Shown: piece by piece, positions 1-12,200 of the stretch
How positions within the stretch are numbered: position 1 is the first letter of the stretch
Layout of the letters: every line of letters starts with the position of its first letter
From: Azolla caroliniana
Taxonomy: Eukaryota > Plantae > Polypodiophyta
Direction of reading: 5' to 3'
Length of the DNA stretch: 64,000 nucleotides
Assembly (NCBI GenBank): GCA_043228905.1
Contig: JBHGNT010000020.1
Location: 14,694,001 to 14,758,000, forward strand
Translations under genes and position numbers: made by a program
The notes under the pieces: model-generated
Told to the model about the DNA's origin: nothing
Database searches by the model: none
The model's input: the letters and a program-made list of their open reading frames with translations, nothing else

Positions 1-1263
1 AGAGATTCTCTAGTTTGCCAAATTTGTGTATAATAACTCTATCCACACATCGACTAGGGTTACACCATTTTATGCTTATATAGGCCAGTTTTCTTCACGA
101 CAACGTAGTCTTCAATGAAGACTCTATCTTCTCCCAGAGGAACCAGCAGAGAGTTGTTGGTGAGAAGGTATCCTTCGAAGATGACAAAGCTGTTGTAGAA
201 GGATCGACGCACCGGGCCGAATCGGAGATTCGATAAACAATCAAACTCCAACAAGCTGACAATCGAATTGGCAACAAGTCCCAACATCGAACTCAAAGAC
301 AAAGTCATCAAAGACACACCCGAATTGACAAGGATCGATAAAGGCAGAGTCACCAAGAGACAAGTCAGAAAAGAGTCAACAACAACAACCACAGGGGAGG
401 ACAATAGACACTGCACAAATCCCAAACCAGGGGAGGGACATCGAACAAGACTCCTGACACAACTAGTTCAACAAATACCAATCGTCAAACTGAACCGATG
501 AAGGATCCAAACCAAATATTACGGCCCCCAAGAGATCTGAACGAGCTCGACGGCATACAAAGTTCTATCAACCGAGCCTCGACTACGTCAACTACACGGA
601 TGCAAGCGAACCAAGCATGTATGATGAAGGTATGGTTGCACCGGATGCCAAAACATGGCTACAAGCCATGAAATCTGAAATGGACTCGATTCATCAGAAT
701 CAGACATGGGAGCTAGTCAAACTACCAGTAGGAAGAAAACCGCTACCTTGCAAATGATACAAGTATGTATCGGACTCAGAGAAACCCAAGTACAAAGCTT
801 GGCTTGTCACAAAAGGATTGAAATAGGAATATGGGGTTGACTACGACGGGATATTCTCATTAGTAGTCAAGATGACCACCCTCCGACTCCTACTAGGGGT
901 TGTGGTGACAAAAGACATAGAGCTCGAGGAGATGGATGTAAAGATACCATTCCTACACGGACGGTGTCTTGGTATTCCGCGAGTACGTGTAGGATCTTAG
1001 GCGGGATCGTGGGGTTCTTGGACTAGGGAAACGGATGGTGGAGTCCTTAAGCTTTGTGGGCTTTGATTCAGGATCGGCTTCCGGCTCCAACGAATGTAGG
1101 GTTTCACGAAAATGGTCCACCACGATTATGGACTCGACTCAAATATGTTACAAGGAAGATAGATATACACTAACATAAATATATATTACAAGAGTCTTAC
1201 AACAAGACGATTACATGCCCTGAATCCAGTGGCTATTACATATCAATAGGCTAATACAACAAC

Positions 1264-1851
1264 TGTTAATCCTTAGGGCCGGACAATGGCCTAACATAGG
1301 GTGTCTCCGGAAGACACTTCACCAAAGGGTGTTACGGCGAGATAACTTAAGACACAACGATTACTTCGACTTAATTAGCTACTTAGCAATAAGGCATACA
1401 CTTTAATATTTAGGGCCGGACAATGGCCTAACATAGGGTGTCTCCGGAAGACACTTCACCAAAGGGTGTTACGGCGAGATAACTTAAGACACAACGATTA
1501 CTTCGACTTAATTAGCTACTTAGCAATAAGGCATACACTTTAATACACGCATAAGATATAACAATTAATTCAGAACGGTAATCAATACGTGAAGATAAAA
1601 CAAGAAGCTTATATTAATTCTCCGTTAAAGTTATACATTGTAACCGACCTTTATATAGGTCACCGATGCTACATACAAAACGGTGCCAACCAGCCAGAAC
1701 CTGTTCGGAATCGGTCCGGATCCGAATCGGCATACCAATTCCGGTCCGTCCGTTCACTACATAATTATAATCTAATCTACTTAATTAAATATATTCCGAA
1801 TAACCATCTCTTTCACATTCTGGTCTTTGCTCCGTTGCCGGCCGGGTAACA
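1264..1851 (-). repeat. 3' LTR of element A, containing a 137-bp-period tandem duplication
   Basis: Matches 10948-11394; 1273-1408 is repeated at 1410-1545. Confidence 0.95.
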
Positions 1852-1853
1852 CA

Positions 1854-1869
1854 TGGCACGCCCGTGGGG
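1854..1869 (+). promoter_or_regulatory. Second (antisense) PBS-like motif TGGCACGCCCGTGGGG at the PPT position of element A
   Basis: Lies 2 nt inside the 3' LTR. The sense strand reads CCCCACGGGCGTGCCA-TG-[LTR], resembling a tRNA-Arg 3' end with CCA. No purine tract is adjacent. Confidence 0.75.
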
Positions 1870-1904
1870 CAGTACCTTGTATGTCGAATCCCACTATCCG
1901 GCCC

Positions 1905-4900
1905 TTAGGCTTTGTCCAAGATGTCCAGAATACTCTGCTCCAGGGTATCCAATGGTTGTTCAGAATTCGGTTGTTGTTGTTGTTGTTGTTGTTGCTGCTG
2001 TTGTTGCTGTTGTTGTGGCTGTTGTTGCTGCGGTGGTTGCGGCTGCTCCGACTGTTGCTCCTGAGTGGCCATCTATTCGGTTCCCGGTACCAGCGGTTGT
2101 GGCGGTGATTCCTCCGTTAGCTGCTCCACTGGAATTGAATCCGGTTGACTCGTCCCGGCCTTGTCTCCGTCCGGTCCTTACTCCAGTGATGGCTCCTCAT
2201 CGCTGAGGTTGATGGTAGCCGCCTTCTTTGCTTCTTCTCTCCGTAGCCTGGTTCGCTCATAGCTCTCAAACTAGATTTGCGCATCCAATCGATCATCATC
2301 TAGCTGGGCTACAAGTTGCCGGACCACTGCTGCATGCTCCTCCGCCAGAGTTATAAAATCTTCGGCTAACTCCTCTCTGACGGCGGTGAAGTCCTGCTTC
2401 GTTAGCATGTAGCAATCGTTGCCATCCTTCTGCCGGTTTTCCGCGTCTGCCCGTAGCATTTGGAGCTCGACTGTGTGCTTTGCCCATTAGTCTCATCATT
2501 GCGCGGAGCTTTCGTCAATCAAGCGTTTGGTCTTGTTCCTCCATGCCTAGACAATGAACTAGATTCACTTCAATTCCATCTTTGATTTATCCTCCGCGGC
2601 TTGTCGTTCATCCTTCAACTGCTTGATGAGTGCCACCGTATCCACCTCCTGCTCCCGGTAATGTGACAGTTAGGTCTGATAACTGTTCTGCGGCCTTTGC
2701 AAGATCATCGTCGCTCTTTCCTTCTCTTCATAATGTTGCTTGTGCAGCTCCATCCGTTCTTGCACGGCTTCCTCCAGAAGCGTGGTTCTTTCAGCCCGTT
2801 CCTCCGCCAGTGCCGTCTCAACCCGATGTACCTCCTACCGGAGCTCTATCATCTTCTCCTGCTATTTCTTATGCTCCGTATCCAGGTGCTTGTAGTCCCA
2901 GTGCAAGTGCTCAAAATCATCGGTTTTCTGATTCAGCTTTTGGTTGAGTTTCCGGCAAGCGTGGTCTTCCTGGTCCTTTTGCTGACAGAGTTCTTCTTTC
3001 AGCCTTTCGATCTCTGTTTCTGCCATCCGCCGCAGCTTCTCCTTTTCTTGCAGCGCCTTCTCTTTCTCCTCCTTCAGCCAGTCGTAGGCCTGATGTCCTT
3101 TCCGCATATCTCTTCAGCCCGGGTGAGGTTCTCAACAGTCTTTTGTTGCTCTTCTTCTGCCGCTTTCTTCAAGTCCCGCTCTCGGGTGCGTAATGCTTCT
3201 TGTGCGGCCAGTTCATCTCTTAATTCAGCAAGTGCTTGCGCCGGCACTATCTCCGGGACTGTTTCCGTCTTCGGGGTCTTATTGCTATGTACAGGTGCTG
3301 GTGCTTCTTTATTCTGTACATCGACTGGGGTCACCGGTGCTTGGACCTGTGGTCCGGTTAAGGCCATTTTGGCTAATTCTTCTGTGGCCAGGTCCAAGTC
3401 TTGTTCTCAGCTCCGAATCCTTGACTGGGCCGTCTCTAGTTCTCCGGTTGTGACGAGCAACCGGTCCATCTGTGCTTTCTCTTCCGCCTCTATGTTGTGT
3501 ACCACTCCGACAATCTGCTCTCCAATCCACCGGAGCCAGTGGCTGCCGGTGCCCTGTTGTTGCGTCTGCCCGGAGGGTTGGCTGTTGGTGTCGCTGGCCA
3601 GTGGTCGATTTTGTCTAGTTGCATCGAGTTGCAACTCTGGCTCTAGTTGGTGACCAATTTGCCGTTCTGGTTGCGGCTCCGTTGGTCGCTCCGCCTCTGA
3701 ATGCTCTTGGCCTGCCAGTGGGGTCGGCAACTGTACTTCCAGCGCTTGCATATCGGGTCTTGCCGTATCCTGACCCGCCGGTAGAGGTTGTTGTGTAGGG
3801 GGCCCTGTGGCCGGTTCAGTCCGAACCGGTTCAGGTTCCATCCTTGGTACGGGCTGCTCAGGGCGGGGTACCGGCGTTCCATCCTTCTTTGGGTCCGAAC
3901 GCTCCCCAGCATGTTCGGAGGTGCTTGCCTTTTGGCGCTGCTGGAGGTGCTCTAGCGGTTCCTCCTCTGTTTCCTCCTCCTGAGTCCCGATGTTGATTTT
4001 CACTACGAAGGGGTCCGACGCTTGCTGAACTGGTCGGCTAAGCCTAATCTTGATTGGCCGGACCAGTGGCTCCTCCTACGTTTCCGCCTGCCGCTTCCTG
4101 TTTGCGCGCTCCTTTGTCGCCTGGTCCGTGTCGGCCGCCTTCCCTTTGGTTGCCTTCGACGCCAACAGTTGTTGCCATTTAGAGACCGTTTTCGGGGTGC
4201 CTTCAGTTGTTCTTCCCCGCTTCATGGTCTTGACGGGCTCGATAGGTGGCGCCAATAGAGTGACCCATTGCGCCACCGCCATCCATATCTTCCGACCCTC
4301 TTTGCCTCTGACAGAGTCGATGGCCGCACAGAGGCCATCCACAATTAGTACCACCCAGTCCACCTTCACGCCTTCATATGTGGCTATGATTAAGCCAGCC
4401 CGATTCTGGGGCATGTAGGGGGGTCGAGGGTATACATGTCTGAATTCATGGAGCACCCGGGCAATCTCTCGAAAGATAGGATCATCGCCGCCCTGTGTCT
4501 GGTAGGCCTTGCTTGCTAGAGAGTATTCCCCAAAGTATTTTCGGAGCTGTTCTGGGGTAGGGTTGTCGATAGTGAAGATTCCCCCTTCCGGAAGGCCAAT
4601 CAACGCATGGATGGCTTCCTCAGTAATCAGCTCCGTGTCGATTCCTTTGACTATCTTCTCCGCCTCCCGGTGCGGTGGCGCCTCCATGATGGTGAGAAAA
4701 CCCTCTAAGCCGTGTTGCCTTAGCCACTTCTTGGCTGCTTCAGAAAGTGCTTGGTAGTCCATGGCTTCGTCAAGGTCGATGAGCACTGGTGAGGGTTGTG
4801 TGTGAGGAGTCTCTGTGTGGGTAGGTTCGGGTCTGCTGATCTTCAATCGCCTGTCTGCGGTTGTGCTCCTTTGTTCGCGAAATGTGAGGGTTTCTATGTG

Positions 4901-4921
4901 GCGGGGGTCTTCTTGTTGCAT
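1905..4921 (-). pseudogene. Extra ORF3 of element A (frameshifted): globular N-domain, P/E/Q-rich linker, coiled coil, poly-Q tail
   Basis: ORF pieces 4076-4921, 3407-4003, 3074-3397, 2862-3107 and 2271-2459, ending QQQPNSEQPLDTLEQSILDILDKA* at ~1905. N-domain is homologous to 15025-15819 and 49700-49770. Confidence 0.7.
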
Positions 4922-5239
4922 GTTTTCATTACCAGCGCATGTGCACGTCGTGTACTAAAATAGAATGACATGCCATGTGGCGGCGGTTTAATACCCTATT
5001 AATAGCCCACTACGTACCTTTTCAAAGTGCCTGTTCACTCCTTCTTTTTGCATGTGTCCGTTCACCCCTCGCCCTTGCATGATTTACTTTGATTTGATTT
5101 GATTTCTTTTCTTTTTTTTGATAAATGGTTTTGCTAATTAGCAACCGGTCCCACTGTACCCCTATCCGGATTGTGATCCCTGCCGGATGCTGGACCGCTT
5201 GCCGGCGCTTCCGACTTACCGGTGTCCGGTTCTGTGTCG

Positions 5240-8200
5240 CCCTTCACTTGTTCAAATGGGTTTCTTGGCATGGGTCCGTTGTATGGTTTGAGTTGAAACC
5301 CGTTGACCTATTTACCCAGAACCTCGCTGGCGAGTGTCCCTAATTGGTAGGAACCGTTGAACTCTTGCGTAATCCAGTATGGTCCGGTCCACCGAAACCG
5401 TAGCTTTCCCGGCATCTTACCCATCTGGGTCTGGAACACGAGTATCGGCTTACCAATGTCGAACATCTTTTCGTTCCCTTTTCGGTGACGATCCACGAAC
5501 GCCTTCCTTTGCCGTTGCTCTAGTTCTAGATGCATGATGCTGGCTAGCCGGTGTTCTTCCAATTCGCACAATGCGTTTAACCGGATAGCTTCCGATTCCT
5601 TCTCATTTAGACGTTCCCGAATCTGTATTCGTAAACTCGAAACCTGGAACTCTACCGGCATCACTACTTCTAATCCGAATGCTAAGCGGAACGGTGTTGT
5701 GCGGATACTTGTTTTATATGCCGTTCGGGAGGCCTAGAGTGCACTGTGCAGCTTTGTATCCCAATCCATCTGGTTCTCATTGACGATTTTCCGCAGGATA
5801 TTCTGTAGAGTTTTATTTGTTGACTCTACTAATCCGTTGGCTTGCGGATAATAGGGAGTGTTCCATTTGTGCACCATTGCATAAAATGTCGTCAAACCTT
5901 CCACTACTTGCCCTAAGAAGTGCTCACCTTGGTCACTTATGAGCTCTATCGGACATCCATATCGACACCAGATGCATTCATATAAAAATTTTGTCGTGGA
6001 TGCCGCGGTGTTGTCGCGTAGTGCTTTCACTTCCACCCATTTCGTGCAATAATCCGTAGCGACGATCACGTACTGGTTGCCGGTTCTCATTGCCGGTGGG
6101 TTGAACGGACTGACAAAATCTAGCCCCCATTTCTGAAATGGTTCTAACGGTAGCACGGGCTGGTGAGGCATTCTGGCTTGTTCGGTTGGTTGCCCCATTC
6201 GTTGACATAGGTCACATTCTTTAGCGTACCGGACTGCATCTTTCAATGTTGTCGGCCACCATAGTCCACTCTGCCATATTTTCCTTGCCATAGCGTCTCT
6301 AGCATAATGTCCCCCAGACACGCCGCAGTGTGCTTCACACAATATTACTTCCTTTTCGTCACTGCGCACTGCACGCCGCCATATGCCATCTACGCCTTTG
6401 TGGTACAGTGTGTCCTACAATAGACAGAAGTGCCGGCTTTGAACCGCTAAGCGTTTCCTTTCGTCTTTGTTCATTTCCTCCAGAGGTAAACCGGTGCTCA
6501 AAAATTGGTGCATATTGGTGAGCCACTTGTCTTCCTCTGCGACCGAACTGTCCGTTGTCGTTTTTGCTGTGACCCTAAACGGCTCTGCATCCGGAAAGTC
6601 GTCTGGGACTCTGTCACCGGTTTCGTCGGAATCTAGCCGACTTAAATAGTCTGCTACCGCATGTTGTATGCCGGGTCGGTGGAATATCTCGAACTCGAAT
6701 TCTTGCAGTAGTAACGTCCACCGGGCCAGTTTACCAGTGAGTGATGCTTTGGACACCAAATAGAGGAGCGTCGAATGATCTACGTGAAAAGAACATTTCC
6801 GTCCCAACAGATAGTGTCTAAACTTGGTGACACTGTAGATCATTCCAAAGCCTCCCTTTCCGTTGTGGAATAATTACGTTCCGCTTGGGAGAACTTCCTA
6901 GCATAATAGACTGGCTGGTACCATTTTGGTTCTGTCAGTTGCATCAGTGTGCTCCCGATTGCAATGTCAGATGCGTCAACGAACACATGGAACTCTTTGG
7001 ACCAATCCGGAGGTTGCGCTTGTGACAACAGTACCTTTAGTGCCCGGTAAGCTTGGTCTTCTGTGTCCGTCCATCGGAACAGTGTCCGATGTACTGCGGC
7101 ATGTAGTGGTGTAGCCAGGTCTGCCAAATACCGGAGCATTCGGCTATGCCACCGAATTTGTCCTAAGAACCGGCTTAGTGCCTTTGCCGTGGCTGGTGCC
7201 GGTGCCTCTAGGATTGCTTTTTCTTTGTCCGGATCCACTGTGATACCGTCCTTGTTGGCCATGTGGCCCAGTAACACTTCGCTGGTTACTCCGAACACGC
7301 ATTTTGCCGGGTTCAGGCTTAGTCGGTAAACCCTACATTTTTCTAGGTATAGTCGGAGGTGATGAAGGTGATCCCCTTCCTGGCTATAAACAGCGAAGTC
7401 ATCCAAAAACACCTGCATGAATGCCGGAATAAATTCCCCGAAAATTTCCATGATGATCCGTTGGAAGGTTGCTGGTGCCGTTTTCAATCCAAACATCATC
7501 ACTACGGCAACAAAGACTCCCCATTCAGTGACAAAAGCGGTTTTCTCCTGGTCGGCGGGGTGCATCCGGATCTGATTATAGCCCCTGAAACCATCCAGAA
7601 AACTATACACCTTATGATCGGCAACCGCATCCAGGACTCCATCCGTGAATGGAAGTGGGAAGGCGTTCGTTACTGTAGCCGCATTCAATTTCCGACAGTC
7701 GACGCACACTCTAATCTTACCGTTCTTTTTGGGTACTATCATTATCGGGCTGAGCGGTGTGGCTTTCTTTACTGGTCGGATGAAGCCCACTCTCAGCAAC
7801 TTGTCGATTTCTTCTTTGACCTTTGCTGCGTGATTCGGGTTCATCCGGTAACGCCGTTGCGCTACCGGTTTGGCTTCTTTGCTCAGATGTATCTGGTGTT
7901 AATATAATTGAGGATCAAGTCCCGGCATGTCTTCGTAGGACTAGGCAAACACATCGCGAAATTCTTTTAGGAGTGCGATCATTGCCGTTTTGTTCTCCGG
8001 GGTTATTTCCTTGGCGATGTGTACCGGTCTTGTGTCCTCTGTGGTACCTAGGTTTACCTCTTCTAGTTGGGATGCTTTCAAGCGCTGTGATACTGCCATT
8101 TCTTTTTCCAGTGCCTCCTGTGCTGGCCATAATTCCCGGATTACCTCTTTATCCAGTTCCTCGTTGGTCTCGTCCGGTTGCAGTACGTACGGTGATACTG

Positions 8201-10896
8201 CTTCGGCTACATCAATCTCGAACAGAGGTACGATCTTCGGATTTTCCTATAAGTATTGATCGACCTCTTTGTCCGCCAATCCTTCCAGCATGTTAACACA
8301 TTCCGCATATAGCGGCGTTGATTCTTTGCCGGTACCGGTTCGTGGTTGAGTCGATACTCGTACTTTCGCTTTTCCACGCCGGAACGTAATTATGTTCTTC
8401 CTCTAGTTTTGCTTTATGTGTGCTGTTTTTAACCAAGGCCATCCCAACAATAGTGGGTAAGCTCCTTGAGCTTGTAGCTGGAGAACTACTGCGGAAATGC
8501 GAAATGTGTGACCCCCGATGGTCACTTCTAGATCGCGAATTAATCCGGTCGGCCGTACGGAGCTAGTGTCCGCCATCCGAAGCCAAAACGGACACGGTTC
8601 CCAGTCTTGGATTCCTAGAGTGTTACACGTTTAGAGGCTGATCACGTTCACGCCAGATCCTCCATCGATAATCGTGTCGGGTAGCTCTTTTCCCTTCACG
8701 ATGGTTGTGATTGCTGGACTGCTTGTGTCCACAACTGCCGGTCCTTCCTCCGGATTTGGAAAGAATGCTGGAGCCGGTGGTGTGTCAACTGCCATCCTTC
8801 CGGTCTTTAGTCCTTCCGTGAACCGTGGTACCAGTTGCAATAGCCGGCCTAACGGCGGCGTGATTTGGCATTCTTGTAATGCTTGCCATGTTGGGTTTCC
8901 GGGTTGCCCCGGGCCGATGAGCTCTTTGACATTCTCCTTTTGTTGTTCGAGCTCAGCCGCATTCCGTTCATTTGCCTTCTTCACCCATTCGGTTGCCGTC
9001 TTCCGGATGGCTTCTTGAGTTTCCCACTCCGTGGCTTTGCCTTTTGATCTTGTAGTGATCTGTTGTATGTCCGCGACTTCCGCGTCTACCATGTTCACTG
9101 CCGGTCGTTTGACGTAGCTCTTCGCTGGACATTGATTACTATAGTGGCCCTCTCGCCAGAAATAATAATAGTACGGCTTCCGGGCGTTGCTGGATTCGGC
9201 GTGTGTGCTCGGTGGCGGACCGGGGTCAAGTGCTTGGTTTTGGTCTGGTTAGCTGCTCGGAGTGCCCTTTTCTGGTTCTCGTGGATGACCCCCCTTTTTG
9301 TTGAAATGACGTTTCTTATTGAAATTATTTTTGTTGCGGTATCCTTGTCGGGGTTGGTCGTCATCCTTGCCATAGTCGTCCCGTCAGTGGTTGTAACCAG
9401 GGGAATGATCCCGGTTATATCTTTCATACCGTCCATTATAGTCCCCGTATCTATCCTGTCTATCATACCGGTCATACGTGTCTCTTCGGTCGCTATACCG
9501 GACATCTTGTGCCGGCCGGTAGCGCTCCTCTCACCGCCAGCGTTGTTCTTCTTCCTCCCGGTTGCTCCGTGGTTCAATTTGCTGGATCGGTGCTGCTTGT
9601 GGATTTAATAAGTTATACTCACACTGTTCCATTGTGTGACTTCTGGAGTGGCAGAGCAAGCATTGGGAACACATGGTGCATTCCAGCGCCGAATGTCCAT
9701 CATTCAGGCATATCGTGTACATTGAACTGGTTGTCGGAAACGGAGGTCCTCCTCTGTTGGTAGCGTACGCTGAAGTGCGCCCATGGTTAGCCATGAACTC
9801 GAGTTTTCAATTTCCCGAACTCGGTCAATCACTTGATCTATGCTGTTGGTGTGGAAATCGATGATGGTGCACACCGTCCGTAAGGGTTCCCAGAGTGCTG
9901 CTAAGAATATGGCCTTTGTTTCTTCCTTTGGTGGTGTCCGGCTGAGCTGACTGTGTATCCGCTGGAACCGGATGACAAACTGTTCGATGTTCTCCGTTGG
10001 TTCCTGCCAGATACTGTAAAATAACCCGACCATTTCCCGGTGGTCCATCTCCTTGTGGAAGAAATGCAAGAATTTTGTCTTTAATGTTTCAAATGTGGGG
10101 ATGGTGCTGGGATCCTGTGTTCGGTGCCATCTGGCGGCCGGTCCCTCCAAGGTCATGCCGAACTCTGCCTGTTTTGAGCGTGCCTCTTCGGCTACATTTA
10201 AGCGTTGGGACACATGGTTCACTTCCCAGGTCTGCTGAAATGCATGGACGTGGGCTTCCACGTCCGGATCATCCCAGTATCTGGGATATTGGAACGACAT
10301 ATCGTCGTCCGGTGTCGGTACACGGGCTGATGGTATCGGTGGTCGTTCCTCCTCTAGTGGTGTCGGAGATTTTCCCTGGTCTTTTGTCGCTGTCAGAGGT
10401 CTTTCCTGCTCCTCTTGTGGTGTCGGAGGCTTCTCCTCCTCGACTTCCGGTGTCGGAGGTGTCTCATCATCGACTTCTGGTTCCGGAGTGTGGTCGACTT
10501 CTAGTACTGGAGTTTCCAACCTTGTCAATTCGAGTTCTGGTGTCGGCAAAGTATCCGACTCCTCCTCCTCTGGTCTGCTTGGGGTGTCGTTACTACTGCG
10601 GTAGTTCGTCTGCGAATTGTATTCCCTGTCCGAACCCGATTCAAATGCCGAAAATGCTTCGGATTTTCCTTCCCCCGCTGTCAATGCCTAGAGAAGGGAT
10701 TCTGCTTCCCGGAGGCTGCTTCCTTCGTCCGGGTAGGCGTTTTGTGGTAGCCGAAGTGATTCCTTGGTCACTCTCCGGATCACTTTCGAAAATGAGCGAT
10801 TCTGCCACTTGCTGGAAAGCCTCTCACTTCCTCATCCGTTCAGCAAGTCTCCTTGCTCGTTCCGTAATCGGGTCATTTGTTGGTCGTGTCATCCAT
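5240..10896 (-). pseudogene. gag-pol: gag-pol of element A (disrupted)
   Basis: Gag 9704-10684 followed by CX2CX4HX4C knuckles; PR IIDGGSGVN (8631-9098); RT FLDGF..YNQI/FLDD (6840-7844); RH DAS..YSTTERE; INT HHCC, WGLDF, SDQG, YYPQANG (5734-6369); GPY-like WTGPY (5308-5664). Confidence 0.95.
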
Positions 10897-10928
10897 TCCC
10901 GTTGTTGTTCGCTGCGATTGTGCTGGAA

Positions 10929-10940
10929 TCGTGGCTGCCA
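10929..10940 (-). promoter_or_regulatory. Canonical-position PBS of element A (TGGCAGCCACGA; family consensus TGGCGACCACGA, tRNA-Arg-like)
   Basis: 7 nt downstream of the 5' LTR; related motifs at 38996-39007, 47774 and 48122. Confidence 0.8.
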
Positions 10941-10947
10941 AAAACTG

Positions 10948-11394
10948 TGTTAATCCTTAGGGCCGGACAATGGCCTAACACAGGGTGTCTCCGTAAGACA
11001 CTTCACCAAAGGGTGTTACGGCGAGATAACTTAAGACACAACGATTACTTCGACTTAATTAGCTACTTAGCAATAAGGCATACACTTCAATACACGCGTA
11101 AGATATAACAATTAATTCAGAATGGTAATTAGTACGTCAAGATAAAACAAGAAGCTTATATTAATTCTCCATTAAAGTTATACATTGTAACCGGCCTTTA
11201 TATAGGTCACCGGTGCTGCGTACAAAATGGTGCCAACAGGCACTTGTTCGGAATTGGTCTGGATCCGGATTGGCATACTGATTCCGGTCCGTCCGTTCAC
11301 TACATAATTATAATCTAATCTACTTAATTAAATATATTCCGAATAACCATCCCTTTCACATTCTGGTCTCTGCTCCTTTGCCGATCGGATAACA
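10948..11394 (-). repeat. 5' LTR of element A
   Basis: Direct repeat of 1264-1851; TATATAA on the minus strand. Confidence 0.95.
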
Positions 11395-12200
11395 ACAAGT
11401 TAAGAATGGGAATAGATGAAGGCGAGTCAAGTGGGCCGCCGACCATCGTTGTTGAAACCCCGAACCAATCCAAACTCTCACACGAAGAAGAACCTAAACA
11501 GAATACTAACCTCCACTCGAAAGAATGGACCAAACCCAGGAGACAATGAAGGAGAACACTCAAAATGATACCCTAAACAAAATAGGGAGAAAGACCAAAG
11601 TAGAAACCCTAAGAATAAGACGAAGAGGAAGAACACTACCAAACCCTAGACCTAAGCGGTATACCCTCCTAACTCATAATGGGCAACCCCTTCACAATGC
11701 GGGATAAATACTCTCATTTTATCTCTAACCACTATTTTACATTGTACATGTGCACATGTTGCACACCATCGACTTGCCTAGTCCATCCCGGTTTTACACC
11801 GTAGCTGGAAATCTTCATGACAATGGAGATCTAGAAGAAGTCATTTACATTTCTGAATTGGCCGGCTTCACAGCGACGGGGGAGGACAGTCACCTCGTAT
11901 GTCGACTAAAGAAAAGTCTATACGCCTCAAACAAGCGTCGAGGATGTGGTACTAGAAATTTGACTCCTACATATGCCAGCTTGGATATAGCAGATCAGAC
12001 TTCGACCCATGCATGTATGTTTGGAAACTGGGTGCCGAGTCCAGGATCTACTTGATCCTATATGTCGACGACATGCTAATTGCAGGGAGCAATCAAGTAG
12101 AGATCAGTAAGCTAAAGTGGAGCCTTCACGCAAAGTTCGCGATAAAGGAACTAGGACAAGCCCAACACATATTGGGCATGAGCATAGAGCAAAATCAGAC

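Larger units (their letters stand above)
1264..11394 (-). mobile_element. Full-length non-chromoviral Ty3/gypsy element A (Athila/Tat-related type) with extra 3' ORF
   Basis: Direct LTRs at 1264-1851 and 10948-11394 (TGTTA...TAACA); flanks ACAAC/ACAAG (near-TSD); minus-strand order gag-PR-RT-RH-INT; no chromodomain. Confidence 0.95.
965..11822 (-). repeat. Solo LTR (965-1263 plus 11395-11822) inserted in the RT of Z and split by gypsy A
   Basis: TGTC...GACA termini; flanks ACGGA(+CGG)/ATGGA restore Z codons F-L-H-G-D. Shares the motif GATGAAGGCGAGTC(T/A)AGTGGGC with the LTR family at 57430-59352. Confidence 0.65.

Noticed and set aside
1827-2206. Poly-Leu and poly-Val ORFs that look like membrane or env proteins
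   Set aside because: Reverse complement of the CAA/CAG poly-Gln tract of ORF3.
2697-3653. 318-aa plus-strand ORF
   Set aside because: Antisense shadow of the E/K/Q-rich coiled-coil part of ORF3; low-complexity L/F/S composition, no domain.
9997-10953. 318-aa plus-strand ORF
   Set aside because: Antisense to the gag of element A; no recognisable motifs.
1264-11394. Idea that A (or B) is really plus-sense with an inverted gag-pol, making the left motif an ordinary PBS
   Set aside because: The right junction has no plus-strand PPT either; it has a minus-strand PBS shared with C and E, and the LTR TATA lies on the minus strand.
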